A stretch of DNA of 61,091 nt, the filler included, from Sphacelaria rigidula (lineage: Eukaryota), in assembly GCA_964200075.2 (NCBI GenBank). It is 7 parts of 7 records of this genome, joined end to end, with 100 filler letters (N's around TTAATTAATTAA, not from the genome) between each part and the next. Parts side by side here need not be neighbours in the genome. Positions count along the whole stretch, not along the records: positions 17,487 to 26,128 come from CAXNAA020010506.1; positions 26,229 to 34,870 come from CAXNAA020010507.1; 5 more parts are not named here. One strand, given 5' to 3'. The translations under genes and the position numbers were made by a program. Below, one piece after another: positions 22,797 to 34,144 of the stretch (position 1 is the first letter of the stretch; every line of letters starts with the position of its first letter). The notes beneath the pieces were generated by a model. It made no database searches. It was not told the DNA's origin and worked only from the letters and a program-made list of their open reading frames with translations.

Positions 22797-25700
22797 AGTT
22801 GGTCTAAAAAGTAGGACAGCAGATTTTTCGACCAGGCCAAGGAATAGAACAAATAAGGACTGACTGCATGTTACTCAAAACATGTTGCGTTGGATTTTAT
22901 GTTTCACATTTTTTCTTCGAAGTTCTGAGGTTTACAAGCGAAAGTGCTCGGTATCCCCATGTGCATGTGTTCTCACCCCATCTATTCTGGGCGCCAATCT
23001 ACACCTCTCGGTATATGTGGGCGCACCAGCCGGGGTCACACAAGAGGAAGGCCAACACAGGAGCTTTTTTTAAAATTTTGTTTTGAGTACCCCACCTTCC
23101 TTCCGCGGTGCTTGCCTTTACTTTTTATCGCGACTGAGGCCTTTCTCTCGTCGACCCTTCAGTCGAATTGCCATGGGCGGGTAAAATGCTATACCGATGT
23201 AGGATAGGTCGGGGGTTCTACGCCAGCCACACCGAATTTCTACATGGCTTTCCCCCCCTCCTTAACACACGAAACAAGCCAGTAACTACCCTGGGGGTAC
23301 ATTCGCGGTAATCCAGGCCACGCCATTGAGATGTTTTCACTCTACAGTAGTACATTGATACTTTGACCCGTCAGCAATACGTCATCTGTCGAATCGGCAT
23401 CACTTTCACCTGAGAAAGTAAAGCGTCCCGTATGACCTCTCGTCGCCAATAGGTTATAAAAATCACTGACAGCCCAAAACTGACTGATGTGGAGTATCTT
23501 TGGTTCACTTGAAGGGTGCAAGAAGAATGCACAACATAAAAATACCTCTCTTACCCTTCCAAACATGATCATACGGGTGGTATCTACCGTTTTGGCCTGT
23601 TACACACGAACAGCGATGTACCTGAACACACGAACGCATCAATAGAACGTGTAAACAGTCAAGTATTTATGTTTGATCCCTGTTCCCCTCCATTCTGGGA
23701 TTAAACCGCCGTAAGCCCTCCACAAACACGATGAGCGTGGTATCTACTGTTGTGTCACGTTACACGTGCATTTACACACGAGTGGCGATGCCCCTAAACA
23801 TGCGAGGGGCATCGTTCGAATGTACTCACCTTGCCCTACTGCTTCATGACCCCTGTCCCCCCTCCTCATCCCATGCATGATCATGAGTACACCTCCTCCC
23901 CATCCCTCCTCCCGGAGGGACAACTTCAACGCACCCCCTCCCGGAAAAATCTCAGCAGGAAAGAGTGTTATCTGATGCAAGGGTCAATTGCGGCCGGGAA
24001 ACAATTTATCTGGGCACATGATGACCGGTACCAATACAAAAATGCCCATACCCTACGGTTGATAATGACACTGTTCGTTTCACTTCATGGGACTGCTGAC
24101 ACCCGGTGAAGATATTGTTCTACACCCTGGGCAATACAAATGGTTTCAGTATATAAGTCGATCATGTTGGAATTTTGCAATATATTGCCGGTGTAATATA
24201 TATATTGGTACCCTTAGACTGCACACGTGTTGCGCGCCCAACATAAATATTGATGTCATGGGACTGCATACATATTGCCCGCCCAAAATATTTGGGTACA
24301 GTAGGGTTGAACACATTTTGTCCCATCAATATATATTGGGCAATGTGGGCGACGGCATATCGTAAGACCAATACATCTTAGGGTCGCAGTAGTGAAACAA
24401 TATTGACCGGTCAATATATATATTGGGTCTGCCTGGGTGCCAATGTATTGGCCGGTCAGTATATATCGGATATTATAAATATGGTATACACTTCAAGAAA
24501 GATTCAGAAGCGGTGGATGCCGGAGCCCCTGGAGGTTGAGGAATGTTTCGAAGGGAGCCGCAGAAGTTCGCATGCATTGCTACGAAGAGTTGTCGAGTTC
24601 GTTTGATATATGTATACATAGATCGCACCCTGGACAAAACAATATGTAATACAAGGTTCCCTTCGGGAAGTTGATGCTGGCCTCCTGGGGGTGATACAAG
24701 TCGAAAATATACCAGTATTATTCCTTTTTGATATTACGTAAGCAATTGTGTGGGAGAATATGTACCTTCCAGTAGATACTCGTACTGTCACATTTCGCGG
24801 TTTTGAATGTCTCAGACCAAGAGTGGCGGGAAGAGCGGTGGACACTTCCAGAATGAAGAGCTTGCTTCATGGGCGGTGTGCGGAGGTGGAAAAAACCATC
24901 ACGCACGAGACCCGTCACAGCATACATCGCAAGTGATTGCTACTGAAATAAGGTCGCGTCCCGGGAGTACACGGCGAACTTGTGCAGGGTTATCTAAATG
25001 CGGGCCCGACCCTGCGCGCACGGATTTCAAATCACACTTGTATACAGTATATCTGTATGACATTGCTTGCTGTCTGTGAGTACGTGGTGTACCACCCCTC
25101 GCTCTGCCACATCTAGCACAGCGGTCGGTGTTGCAGCTAAGTGTGCACTTACCCTAGGTGGTGCACGCAAGAGTAACGGACCACCTTCGCCGCTATAATT
25201 CCTGCCTGTATCTTAGGCAGATGATCAGACAGCCGCTATGGCGTGCAAGCCGGCTGTAAAAATTCATACCGCGTGGAAATTTCTACACTGTCTTGAAGTC
25301 ATACTGCGCGCAGTTCCCACTTTTGTACGAGTATTGTGCACGTCACAGGAGGCAATAACTTCTATACTGTGCACAGTACATGTTTTTAAATTGTATACTG
25401 ACTGTAGAAAGCTCTTGTCTAGGGTGTAGTACATTTCCATACATACATATTCAGGCGGTGAGATCGTAAAATAATCAAATAATCCACATGGCCAAAGTGG
25501 AAGTGAGGCAATCGCCGAAATATCCGCGTGCAAAGCCTGTGCGGCCGTACTCTGAGTTTTTAACGCTAGAAGAACAATAGTGCAACGGCCATTCCGGCTG
25601 CCGGCCTGTACACGGCCGTCCCAGATCATTTCACTTGTGTTTGCTGCTGACTAAGTCAAGGTAATGTCCAGCTGTTTTCAACTGCTTTGCTCTCATGTTC

Positions 25701-27529
25701 TCGTGACATTCGCTGCATGACCACTGTCTTCGTGTTCCCAAATCATCGAGAACGCAAAGAAAATCACGGTGAAAAAATACCCCGCCATGAGCGGGCTTCT
25801 GTGGCCCTTGTTTGAAGTTTTCGACGATCTTGGAAAGGCTTTTGTGGTTCGGGATCGACACCCCGCAAAAAAGAGTCAGTGTGAGCGACTTTCGATGGCA
25901 AGACCACACGCCACAGGTGTCAGATGACACCTAAACCTGAACTGTAATGTACCGCTGACCCTCCATCGTGCACTGTAAAAGAAAGCGCGGGCTAAGATGC
26001 CTTGCAGCCAGAGAACACTCGGCAAAAGTGGTGAAAAATGCGAAATGATGCATGTACATATATACTTCCTCTGTCCCATAAGTAAAGTCCGTTATGGGCT
26101 TTTAATCGTTTGTGCATTCAAACTCTTCNNNNNNNNNNNNNNNNNNNNNNNNNNNNNNNNNNNNNNNNNNNNTTAATTAATTAANNNNNNNNNNNNNNNN
26201 NNNNNNNNNNNNNNNNNNNNNNNNNNNNAAAGTAAATTTGGACAATCTTTGAGAAACTAAGAAATTACGGATTCTGCATACTTCTGACGCTGACTACTGT
26301 ATGTAAGTCTATGTCTTCTGGCAAGGGGGAGGAGGGGGGGGGCAGGTGGAGAGAACATCAGTCTACTAGACCAGTAGTCCATGTAAGTGCCCCTAAATTC
26401 GGCGCATACTACCCATACGTGGTGTGCGACAATACGAGACCTCTAGTGAAAATTCGGCTCTTTCCGACACCAGGTTGGTTTATGAGTACAATATTAGGAT
26501 ACATAGTATACGACAGACCCGCACACCTCTCATGACCACTGCTTCCAGATGAATAATCAAGGAGAAAATAAACGCATTCTGCTCTGGTCACGCTTTAACC
26601 CCTTCCCTTCCTCGACACGAATCCGAGGTCTCGAAGGGATGAATGAACCCCTCTCTTCCCCGGTACACGCCTTCACACTCTGGTCTCGCGGAATGGATCA
26701 TGACCAGCACTGTTGCGACGCGTCGGCCGCCGTCGTCTGATAACAAGGTTATTCCGCCACTAACGCCCTCACGCTTTTAGCGACAGATATCGGATCCTTC
26801 CCGGATGAAGATCCTGAACGCATCTGCCGGGAATCGAACCCACGTCCTCTCCACCCTATTCGTGTCATTTGTACCTTTTTTCTAATTTCCAAAATCGGGG
26901 CGCGGCGGCGGGTACTTTTCACACGTCGGACAGATCATGATCCGTCTGAAATACCAAATAACTAATGGAAATAAGTCTCTCAGATCCGTTGGTACATATA
27001 CACGAAATATGTGACCACGGAGTCAGAACATGCCAAAGCGCGACCTTTGCGCTACTCGGCGTGCTCGGGGTCCGGCGCTGCGGGAAGCAAACATGGAAAA
27101 GGGGAGCCAGATGCGAATAATGGTCCGGATCATTACAACGAGAGAAAGCCATCTTCAGACGGATCATAAGATGTCCGAAGTGTGATATGTTCGACCTTCA
27201 TAAGAAAAAAAAAGGCATTATTACGACCGCTTTGCGTTACGAGAGTGACTGCACAGCAAGTCTGAGGCGTCGGACGAGAGGTTGGGTTCCCTTGTTTGAG
27301 GGGTAAAGTGTCGATTTTTAACTTGAAAAAAATACATGACGTAGCGAATAGCAATCACCGTTGTTGGTGAGGATACCCGACCTCAGCCCGCAAGGCTTCC
27401 TAATTTCATCCACGTCGGCTGATCTCGGTCCAAGCACCACAGGCCGCGTGGTTCGTGAGCGTGATACGGGGTCATTGGGCCAAATGGGTTTTGGTGGGCA
27501 AGAAGATTGAGCAGAGGGGTAGCTGGCAT

Positions 27530-27700
27530 GAACGGTTGATTGGTTGATTGATTATCTCACAGTAGCTGTTTGCAGCAATCCAGCCCGTGGTCAGGAGCAG
27601 CAAAAAAGGAACAGAATAATAGAAGAAAAAAAGGAGAGGAGCAGAAAAAGACAGAAGCGACGGCTTCAGAAAGGAAAGAAGAGGGGAAGCAGCGATAACG
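27530..27700 (-). mobile_element. Retroposon 3'-end fragment with (AATC)n-like tail; second copy at 48108-48270
   Basis: Both share TTGATTGATTATCTCACA..TAGCTG.TTGCA.CAATCCAGCCCGTGGTCAGGAG.AGCAAAAAA. Confidence 0.6.
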
Positions 27701-30700
27701 ACAAAAACAACAACCAACACACGACAACAAACAACAAGAGCAATAACGACAAAATAACAGCAAACACATACACAAACACATACACAAACACGGTATACGT
27801 GCTTTGCTATGTGCACTTTCAAGCTACCCTCGGAACTATCGCCCTGAGCCGCCAGTCGTGATACTAGTAGTGTGGAAAGTAAAAGCGGGAGAGGAAACTC
27901 TCACCGTTGCGAAATTCTTCCTTAATCGATCTTTTCCTTTTGCCGGTATCAAGGAGTCGATGAGAGCTTGTTCATCCTCTGAAAAGGCACCTGAGACGGC
28001 GAGACAAAAGAGTTCATATATACAATATATATATATGAAGGGAAAGAGGGAAGAAAGAAGAAATGTTTTTTTTTTTTTCACGTATACACAGGAACACAAC
28101 TCCTAACGCTCGACGTAACTAACAAAATTTGGTCCTTGTTTTGAGGTAGCTCTAGATGGTACGGCAATGTTACTACGGTAACCGCTGAAGAACAAAAGTA
28201 CCTAATTACTACCGCCAACTCAAGCCGTGCTTGATTCGCCTCGGGAAGAACTGTACATGAATCTAGCCATTCCATGGAAGCCGCGCGGGGGGCAGGGGCG
28301 GTTGACGAAATTGAGGTTCGATCAAATCGTTGCCCGGGAACATTCGCGTTAAGCCTTTTTTGGCCCGAGGCAGTATGGAGTAGCTAAATCCCTTGTGAGC
28401 GCCGGCAAACAGACATCCAGATTTCTAGTCATTTTGTTCGAGAAAATAAGGTCGATCCAACAGGTGAGACGGACCTGGGCGATGAAAGGGATAACGTGGT
28501 ATTGCCTATGTATCCAGAGAGGCATAATAGTACACATTAGGGGTGTGCACCTCGGTGGATTGGCGTTGTACTCAAAGAGATATGATAGTAGTAAACCTGC
28601 GCAACTGGTGACATTGTACGAAATATTGCGTGTGTGAAACCGCTTGTTTCCGGCAACGGTCCGCACTTTCCCCACCGCCGGAAGAGCTACCGTAGTAGTA
28701 GTAGCAGCAGTAGTATGCGTGCACCACACATTTCTACACAGTGTACACCTATATATACATATGGAGGTGTACACGTACATGAGACTAGAGATGTGATCAA
28801 CCATAAATAGAGCCAAGTACTTACGGGCTGCAGCTATCGCAGTTCGGCCGGTACGAGGGAGAAACAAAAAGTATCAAAGTTTTGACGTTCATTAATGTTT
28901 ATTACGTCGTCACAAAATCTTGATGGCCGGTCGATCAAACGTTATCCCATACACACAGCATACTCTACACTCTAATACTGCACGCATATATAATGTGGTG
29001 GGGCTCGAGAAAATAAATTTCGCTCGTGATAAAGGGGGAAACCATCTAATCATGTAGGCGTGTTCGTGTGCTTCAACAGCCCCAACATACACCCATCATC
29101 GACCAGTTCAGACGAGGTGGGTTTTACCTCAGTTCGGCGTCGGCAAGCAATAGTTGACGCATACCTTGTTTTCGGCCGAACCATATCGCTAACCCCGACC
29201 CTAACCCTAGCTTCAGTCCAAGGCAGACGGAGAACCCTCGGGCGAGGGGGTACATACAAACCCCTAGGCAACACGCGCTTTGTGCCAATTCACAATCTGT
29301 GCCTATCGCGCCGATCTGGGCCGCAAACGCATGCTGCGAACACTACGCCCACGCTGGGGAAGTACTTGGGACTGTGGGCCCCATAATGATCCGAACACGA
29401 TAATCCACAGCGCACAAAGCATATGTTCAATCATCACTTCACGGGGGGCGAATTGGAGTCAAACTCTATCGGTTCAGACTCGCCAGGGGGGTAAACCAGC
29501 CCACCGATAGAGCGTCGATGGATGGACTGAAGAATTGATTTGTTCTGTGTGAGTGATGGAGGGGTTGCGTGATGGGTTGGTTGTCGCTCAGTAGCTCATC
29601 CCCGCAGAAAAAGGCAGTCGCGACCACACGGTGAACGAACGTACTCAAAGTAAAAACATTACGGGAACACTGGCAAAAGGGAATCTCGAGAAGGAGAGAA
29701 GAAAAACAAAAACAAACAAACAAAAAAACAAACAAAAGATATGACGACAGGGGTTAACAGAACCAAAATGAGAGATACGGGAGAAAATAAAAGTAAGGAC
29801 AGCAAGAGGCAAGGGGAATGACAGGTATAAACGGTCCAGATGATGATCAACACCAATGACGATGAAAAAAAACAAGGAGGAAAATGGGTCTGCCCCCGCA
29901 GCACGGCTTCAGATAACAAGGCGGCGCGTTTAAAAAAAACAAAAAAACGTAGAACACACGCTTTTCCCCTACTCTTTTCCCACAAGAGAGGCACATGAAA
30001 AGAACACATATACATTGCACGATCGATTGTTGAATTGATTGAGTGTGATGCGTTAACAGATCTCCGGGGCGTCATAACCCAACCGTGGTCGATACCCACA
30101 ACTTCGGCGTACCAAAGGTAAATAAAAACGGGAAGCGCGAGAGACACGGGAAACAAAACAGAGGGAGGGAGATAGAGATACGACATACTGAACAAACAAA
30201 AAACAAGGAACGAAGCGAAAAACAAACCTTTAACGGAACACACATGATGAAACACAGAACACCCTCCAACCAGCAATACTGGTCCAAGCTGTTCCGGTGC
30301 CAGCGCAAAAATGCCGAGGAACGATTACTCCTTCGAGGCTTTTGAGAGAGGGTGCCCGGGATTTCGATAATAGGAGGTCATCGACCAGTCACAGGTCGCC
30401 ACCGTTGATGTCCAATACTGCTCTACAACCGGACAAACTTTCGAGGAGAGGAGCGCATGGACCAATTACAGGACGTCAATACCGAATTCAGATGAATAAT
30501 CGTGATACAGCCAAGGGAGTCGTGCCTCCTCCCCTCTGTCTCGAATGGGATGCGTGGTCAACGGCCAAATGACTGAGACAAGTAACGAACGAGTACGCAC
30601 CCTCCTAGCCATGAAATATTTTGATGCAGTAGACAGCCGTAAAAAGACGATGATTATACTGGAAGATAGATAGTGGCCACAGACGGCGAAACAGGACGGG

Positions 30701-30789
30701 GATAAGATTTATAAACGGTTTTTGTGTCATGTATGGAAGAAACGTCATGAACGCCTGAATGTCACGGTTGTCTCTAGTAGAAGTAGGAA

Positions 30790-30880
30790 CGGTGCTCCGT
30801 CTCGAAAGGGATGCGTGGTAAATGGTAAAACGACTAAGGCAAGCAACCAATGAGTACCCTCTCCCCCCCCCCCCCCTCCG
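30790..30880 (+). mobile_element. Poly(C)-terminated family B copy; others at 30500-30606 (+), 1946-1980 (-), 12270-12325 (-), 60918-60995 (-), 61010-61080 (-)
   Basis: Shared GGGATGCGTGGT(C/A)AATGGT.AAA(C/T)GACTAAGGCAAGCAACAAATGAGTAC followed by (C)n. Clearly related to the family A 3' end. Confidence 0.72.
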
Positions 30881-31435
30881 CGGGCCTCCCTGGTAATACA
30901 CCTTCCGGCGGCTGTGCTACCGGCGAATGCACGGACTGATGGGCCACGTACAGAAACAGCGGGTCCTCGTCCCATGGAGTCTTGCTCTCGACAATCTGAG
31001 GCGAACAGGCCAAAACACGAAATGCAGGGGAAAGTGCAGCTCAACAAAACCGGTTGGTGTAAGGACGGGGTTAAGAGGAGAGCGTTCGGAATGTTGGCAT
31101 CACGCGTTTTAGATATGGCAACCAGTAGTTAAGTAAAAGTAAGGCGCGGTACGGCACACGGCATGAATGCGGACAGTGGACAGTTGACCGAAGCACGGAA
31201 ATGTTCGGACGCGTAATCGAGCGCCATTGCTGCAGTACGGACGTGTCTCGACCTCATGTATATATAGATTTATAGATGCGTTACCTTCATTTCCTGGTTT
31301 GTCAAAATGAAACAAAATTCGGGCCCAAGGAAGGGGATCCTTTCGCTGAGAAGGACCCGCATGATAACTCCTAGATGAGGAGCGATAGGGGAACACACTG
31401 TACTTCAGCGGTCCTCTCTGTTCGAGACAGATATG

Positions 31436-31803
31436 CGCCGGCCGCCCCGGTGGCTCGGTTGGTAACTTCGAAACCTTCTGACGGTTGGGTCATGGGTTCG
31501 AAATCTCGGTGCAGTCACACCAACCTGATATTTTCCCTCACACCATGCCCAACAAGAGTCAAAAGCGATTATGTCGTGGGTTCAAAAAATTCGACGTCAC
31601 GGTCGACGAAGGAAAGGGATGGCTGAACCCCTCTCGCGACCACAACAAAACCGGCAACCATCGCGGAAGGAACGCACGAGTACCAACACAAAATAAAAAT
31701 AGAGACATCCTATGTTGGCCTTCTTCCTGTGTTAGCCTTCCTCCTGTGTGACGCCGGCTGATGCGCCCACCCATACTGGAGGGTGTAGATTGGATGACAA
31801 CGC
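31436..31803 (+). mobile_element. tRNA-headed SINE, near full-length copy
   Basis: Head GCCCCGGTGGCTCGGTTGGTAA (Pol III box A) ... GGGTTCGAAATCTCGG (box B), followed by a ~300-bp body shared with at least eight other copies in the window. Confidence 0.85.
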
Positions 31804-33348
31804 AGTCGTAAAAGTATTCATCCAATTTCATGTTTCTCCACCTTAAGCGCGAGTTGCGCCTGCATGCATGGTCAGCCTAACCCCACAACAAGTTGATTTT
31901 CGAATGGAAATGGAGAGCAAGATTGGTACCGACGTGTTCTGTTCCCCAATCAACGACGAACTTCGACGCCCTCCAATACGCGGTTTTTAGAGGTAAGCGA
32001 CAGAGTTCATGAATGAATGAGTGAAAAAACGAACGAACGAACGAACGAACGATTCATTCATTGATGTGCGTCGGTGCAAAGGATGGAGGAAGAAGTGTAA
32101 TTTCCTTCAAGTATAGCTGATACCGGGTAAACGAAAAACTCCTTCTCTACGAGCTAGGCCAGCGTGAAGACGCTCTCACAGCCCTATCTCATCGACATAG
32201 ACGAATCGGCCGTGATCTGCATGTCTTGTTAATCGTCTAATCGAGGGAAAGCTGCCCATCCGCTCAAAAGCCTGGGCCAATTTCGAGTAATCACAATACC
32301 GTACGGAGATGGGGTCCACACTGAAGTCTAAATGAAACTCCGAACGATATATGCAGCGGATAATGACGAATTTCGGTGTGAATCTTTCCTGAAGCGCGGG
32401 GAAACGGTCGGAACCCCCATCCTCACCTGATTTGTCACCTATTTGGAGACATGACGGACATAACCCCATACCGAACTCAAATATTTTGCAAGCAGAGGCA
32501 CGCAATGAACGAAATCTGGATTTCGCGTCTCGGTTGTGGGAGTTTATCGTTGAAATCTCGGCATGGATAATCTCTACGGTTATGATACAAAGGAAACATC
32601 TTCAGCTTCTCGAGTTTTTTATTTCCCATCTTTCTATTCCTTCATTTCTTAGGGACGTTTCAGTCACAAGTGGACACTGTTGTCGACACTCATCTCAGTT
32701 TTTAGAATTGTGGTTTTGAAATTGGCTATGTGAAATCACAAGGGCGAACTGAAACAGGAAAGTGGGCCTTCATTTTTATACTGGTGAGTTGAGGACGCTG
32801 TCGTGATAAATAGTTTTCTATTATTTCAAAACGCCCTTGACTCATGAAACGATTAAAAAATCAACCCGTCTCATTTTTTACCTGCATTTACCCTAGCGAT
32901 ATTCCACACAAAATTTCGAAGCACTAGTGCCAAAACTAGGCTTGTGAATCACCTGCGAAATACTGTTCCGAATTTCGACCGGACAAGATTCTAAATCGCC
33001 TGTTATCGCTTTCACTGAAATTTCAAATTTCGAATGAAGAATAAGGAGGGAATAATATAGTCATGTTGGGGCGAAAATATGTTTTCTCTTTTTGCATTAG
33101 TTACGGAAATTTTACACAAAATTGGATTTCGGTGTTGCCCCCAACTTATGGAAGGAAAATAACAGTATATATAGTCTTTCGTTATGCATTTTTCATTCCT
33201 GATACCAAATTTGAAGGTCCACCTCTTGAAAGTGAGGTGAGAACGGACCTGCAACTAACCAGCTCGTATTTACTCATCAAGAGCAGAGGCGCACTGGTCC
33301 GAGTATTCGAAATTCGTTGGGTGTTGCTTGTCCCGCCTGCGAAAGATG

Positions 33349-34144
33349 CACACGTCGGACAACCCAACTCAGGTGAGTTTTAGAATACAACTCAGTGTGG
33401 TCCACATCCCGATGTGGTGAGTTATACTGTAGAAGATGACTCATCGTTGCATATCTTGGTCCGGTGAGTTATACAGGAAAACCCAGTGGTACATATTCTG
33501 GTCGGGTGAGTTCAAGATCATAGCTCATCGCTGCGTATCTTCGTCAGGAGAGTTAAAGAACAAAACTCATTGGTACATTTTCTGGCCGGGTGAGTTACTG
33601 AATATTGCTCAGCGGTGCATAATATGGTTGAGGGAAATATAATATGCACCATATCTCGTGGAGCTACTATAATTCATGTGTTCTGAGTTCTGTACGCAGA
33701 GATGATATACTCCTGTATCATGTATATGTTTCATGTTACACCTGTAGCAGTGTTTATTAATTATGCGACTCCACCCCGACGTTTCTCACGCTACACGCAC
33801 GCAAATGACTAGTGTTGGCCCCTGTGTTTCGTATGTTTCCGATCGGCTGACATGTACGGCATCACTCATTTCCGATAACTCAGCCGTGAGTTCAGCCACA
33901 TGACTCAGCGGCGCACATCCTGGCCAGGTAAGTTATAAAACATAACTCAGCGATGCATGTTCTGGCCGGGTGAGTTATAAAAGATGACTCACCGGTGAAT
34001 ATTCTGGCCGGGTGACTTGTAGAACACACCTCAGCTATGCATATTCTGGCCGGGTGAGTTATAGAAGATAACTCAGCGGTGCATATTTTCGGGCGGTGAA
34101 TTATACAGCATAGCTGAGTTAGCTCAAGAGTTGTCCAGTGTGTG
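33349..34144. mobile_element. Non-autonomous DNA transposon (hAT- or P-like), 796 bp, filled with 42-bp hairpin repeats
   Basis: Termini CACACGTCGGACAAC...GTTGTCCAGTGTGTG with a perfect 8-bp TSD GAAAGATG (33341-33348 and 34145-34152). Confidence 0.88.

Noticed and set aside
23982-24057. Downstream exon of the alpha/beta hydrolase (FIWAHDDR resembles the W.xDPR cap motif)
   Set aside because: It lies on a separate, unlinked contig and the resemblance is only a few residues.
29189-29211. Interstitial telomere (CCCTAA-like), also near 21150 and 21470
   Set aside because: There are only two to four degenerate units, embedded in dispersed repeats.
27472-30345. Hydrophobic F/L/V/C-rich ORFs suggesting membrane proteins
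   Set aside because: They arise from A-rich or T-rich low-complexity retroposon 3' regions and have no splice or motif support.
31440-31515. Functional tRNA gene
   Set aside because: It lacks a 3' acceptor-stem match and is fused to a repeated SINE body in multiple diverged copies.
33380-34115. Palindromic 42-bp repeats as a CRISPR array
   Set aside because: The units are contiguous with no unique spacers, there are no cas genes, and the arrays lie inside TIRs with an 8-bp TSD in a eukaryotic genome.
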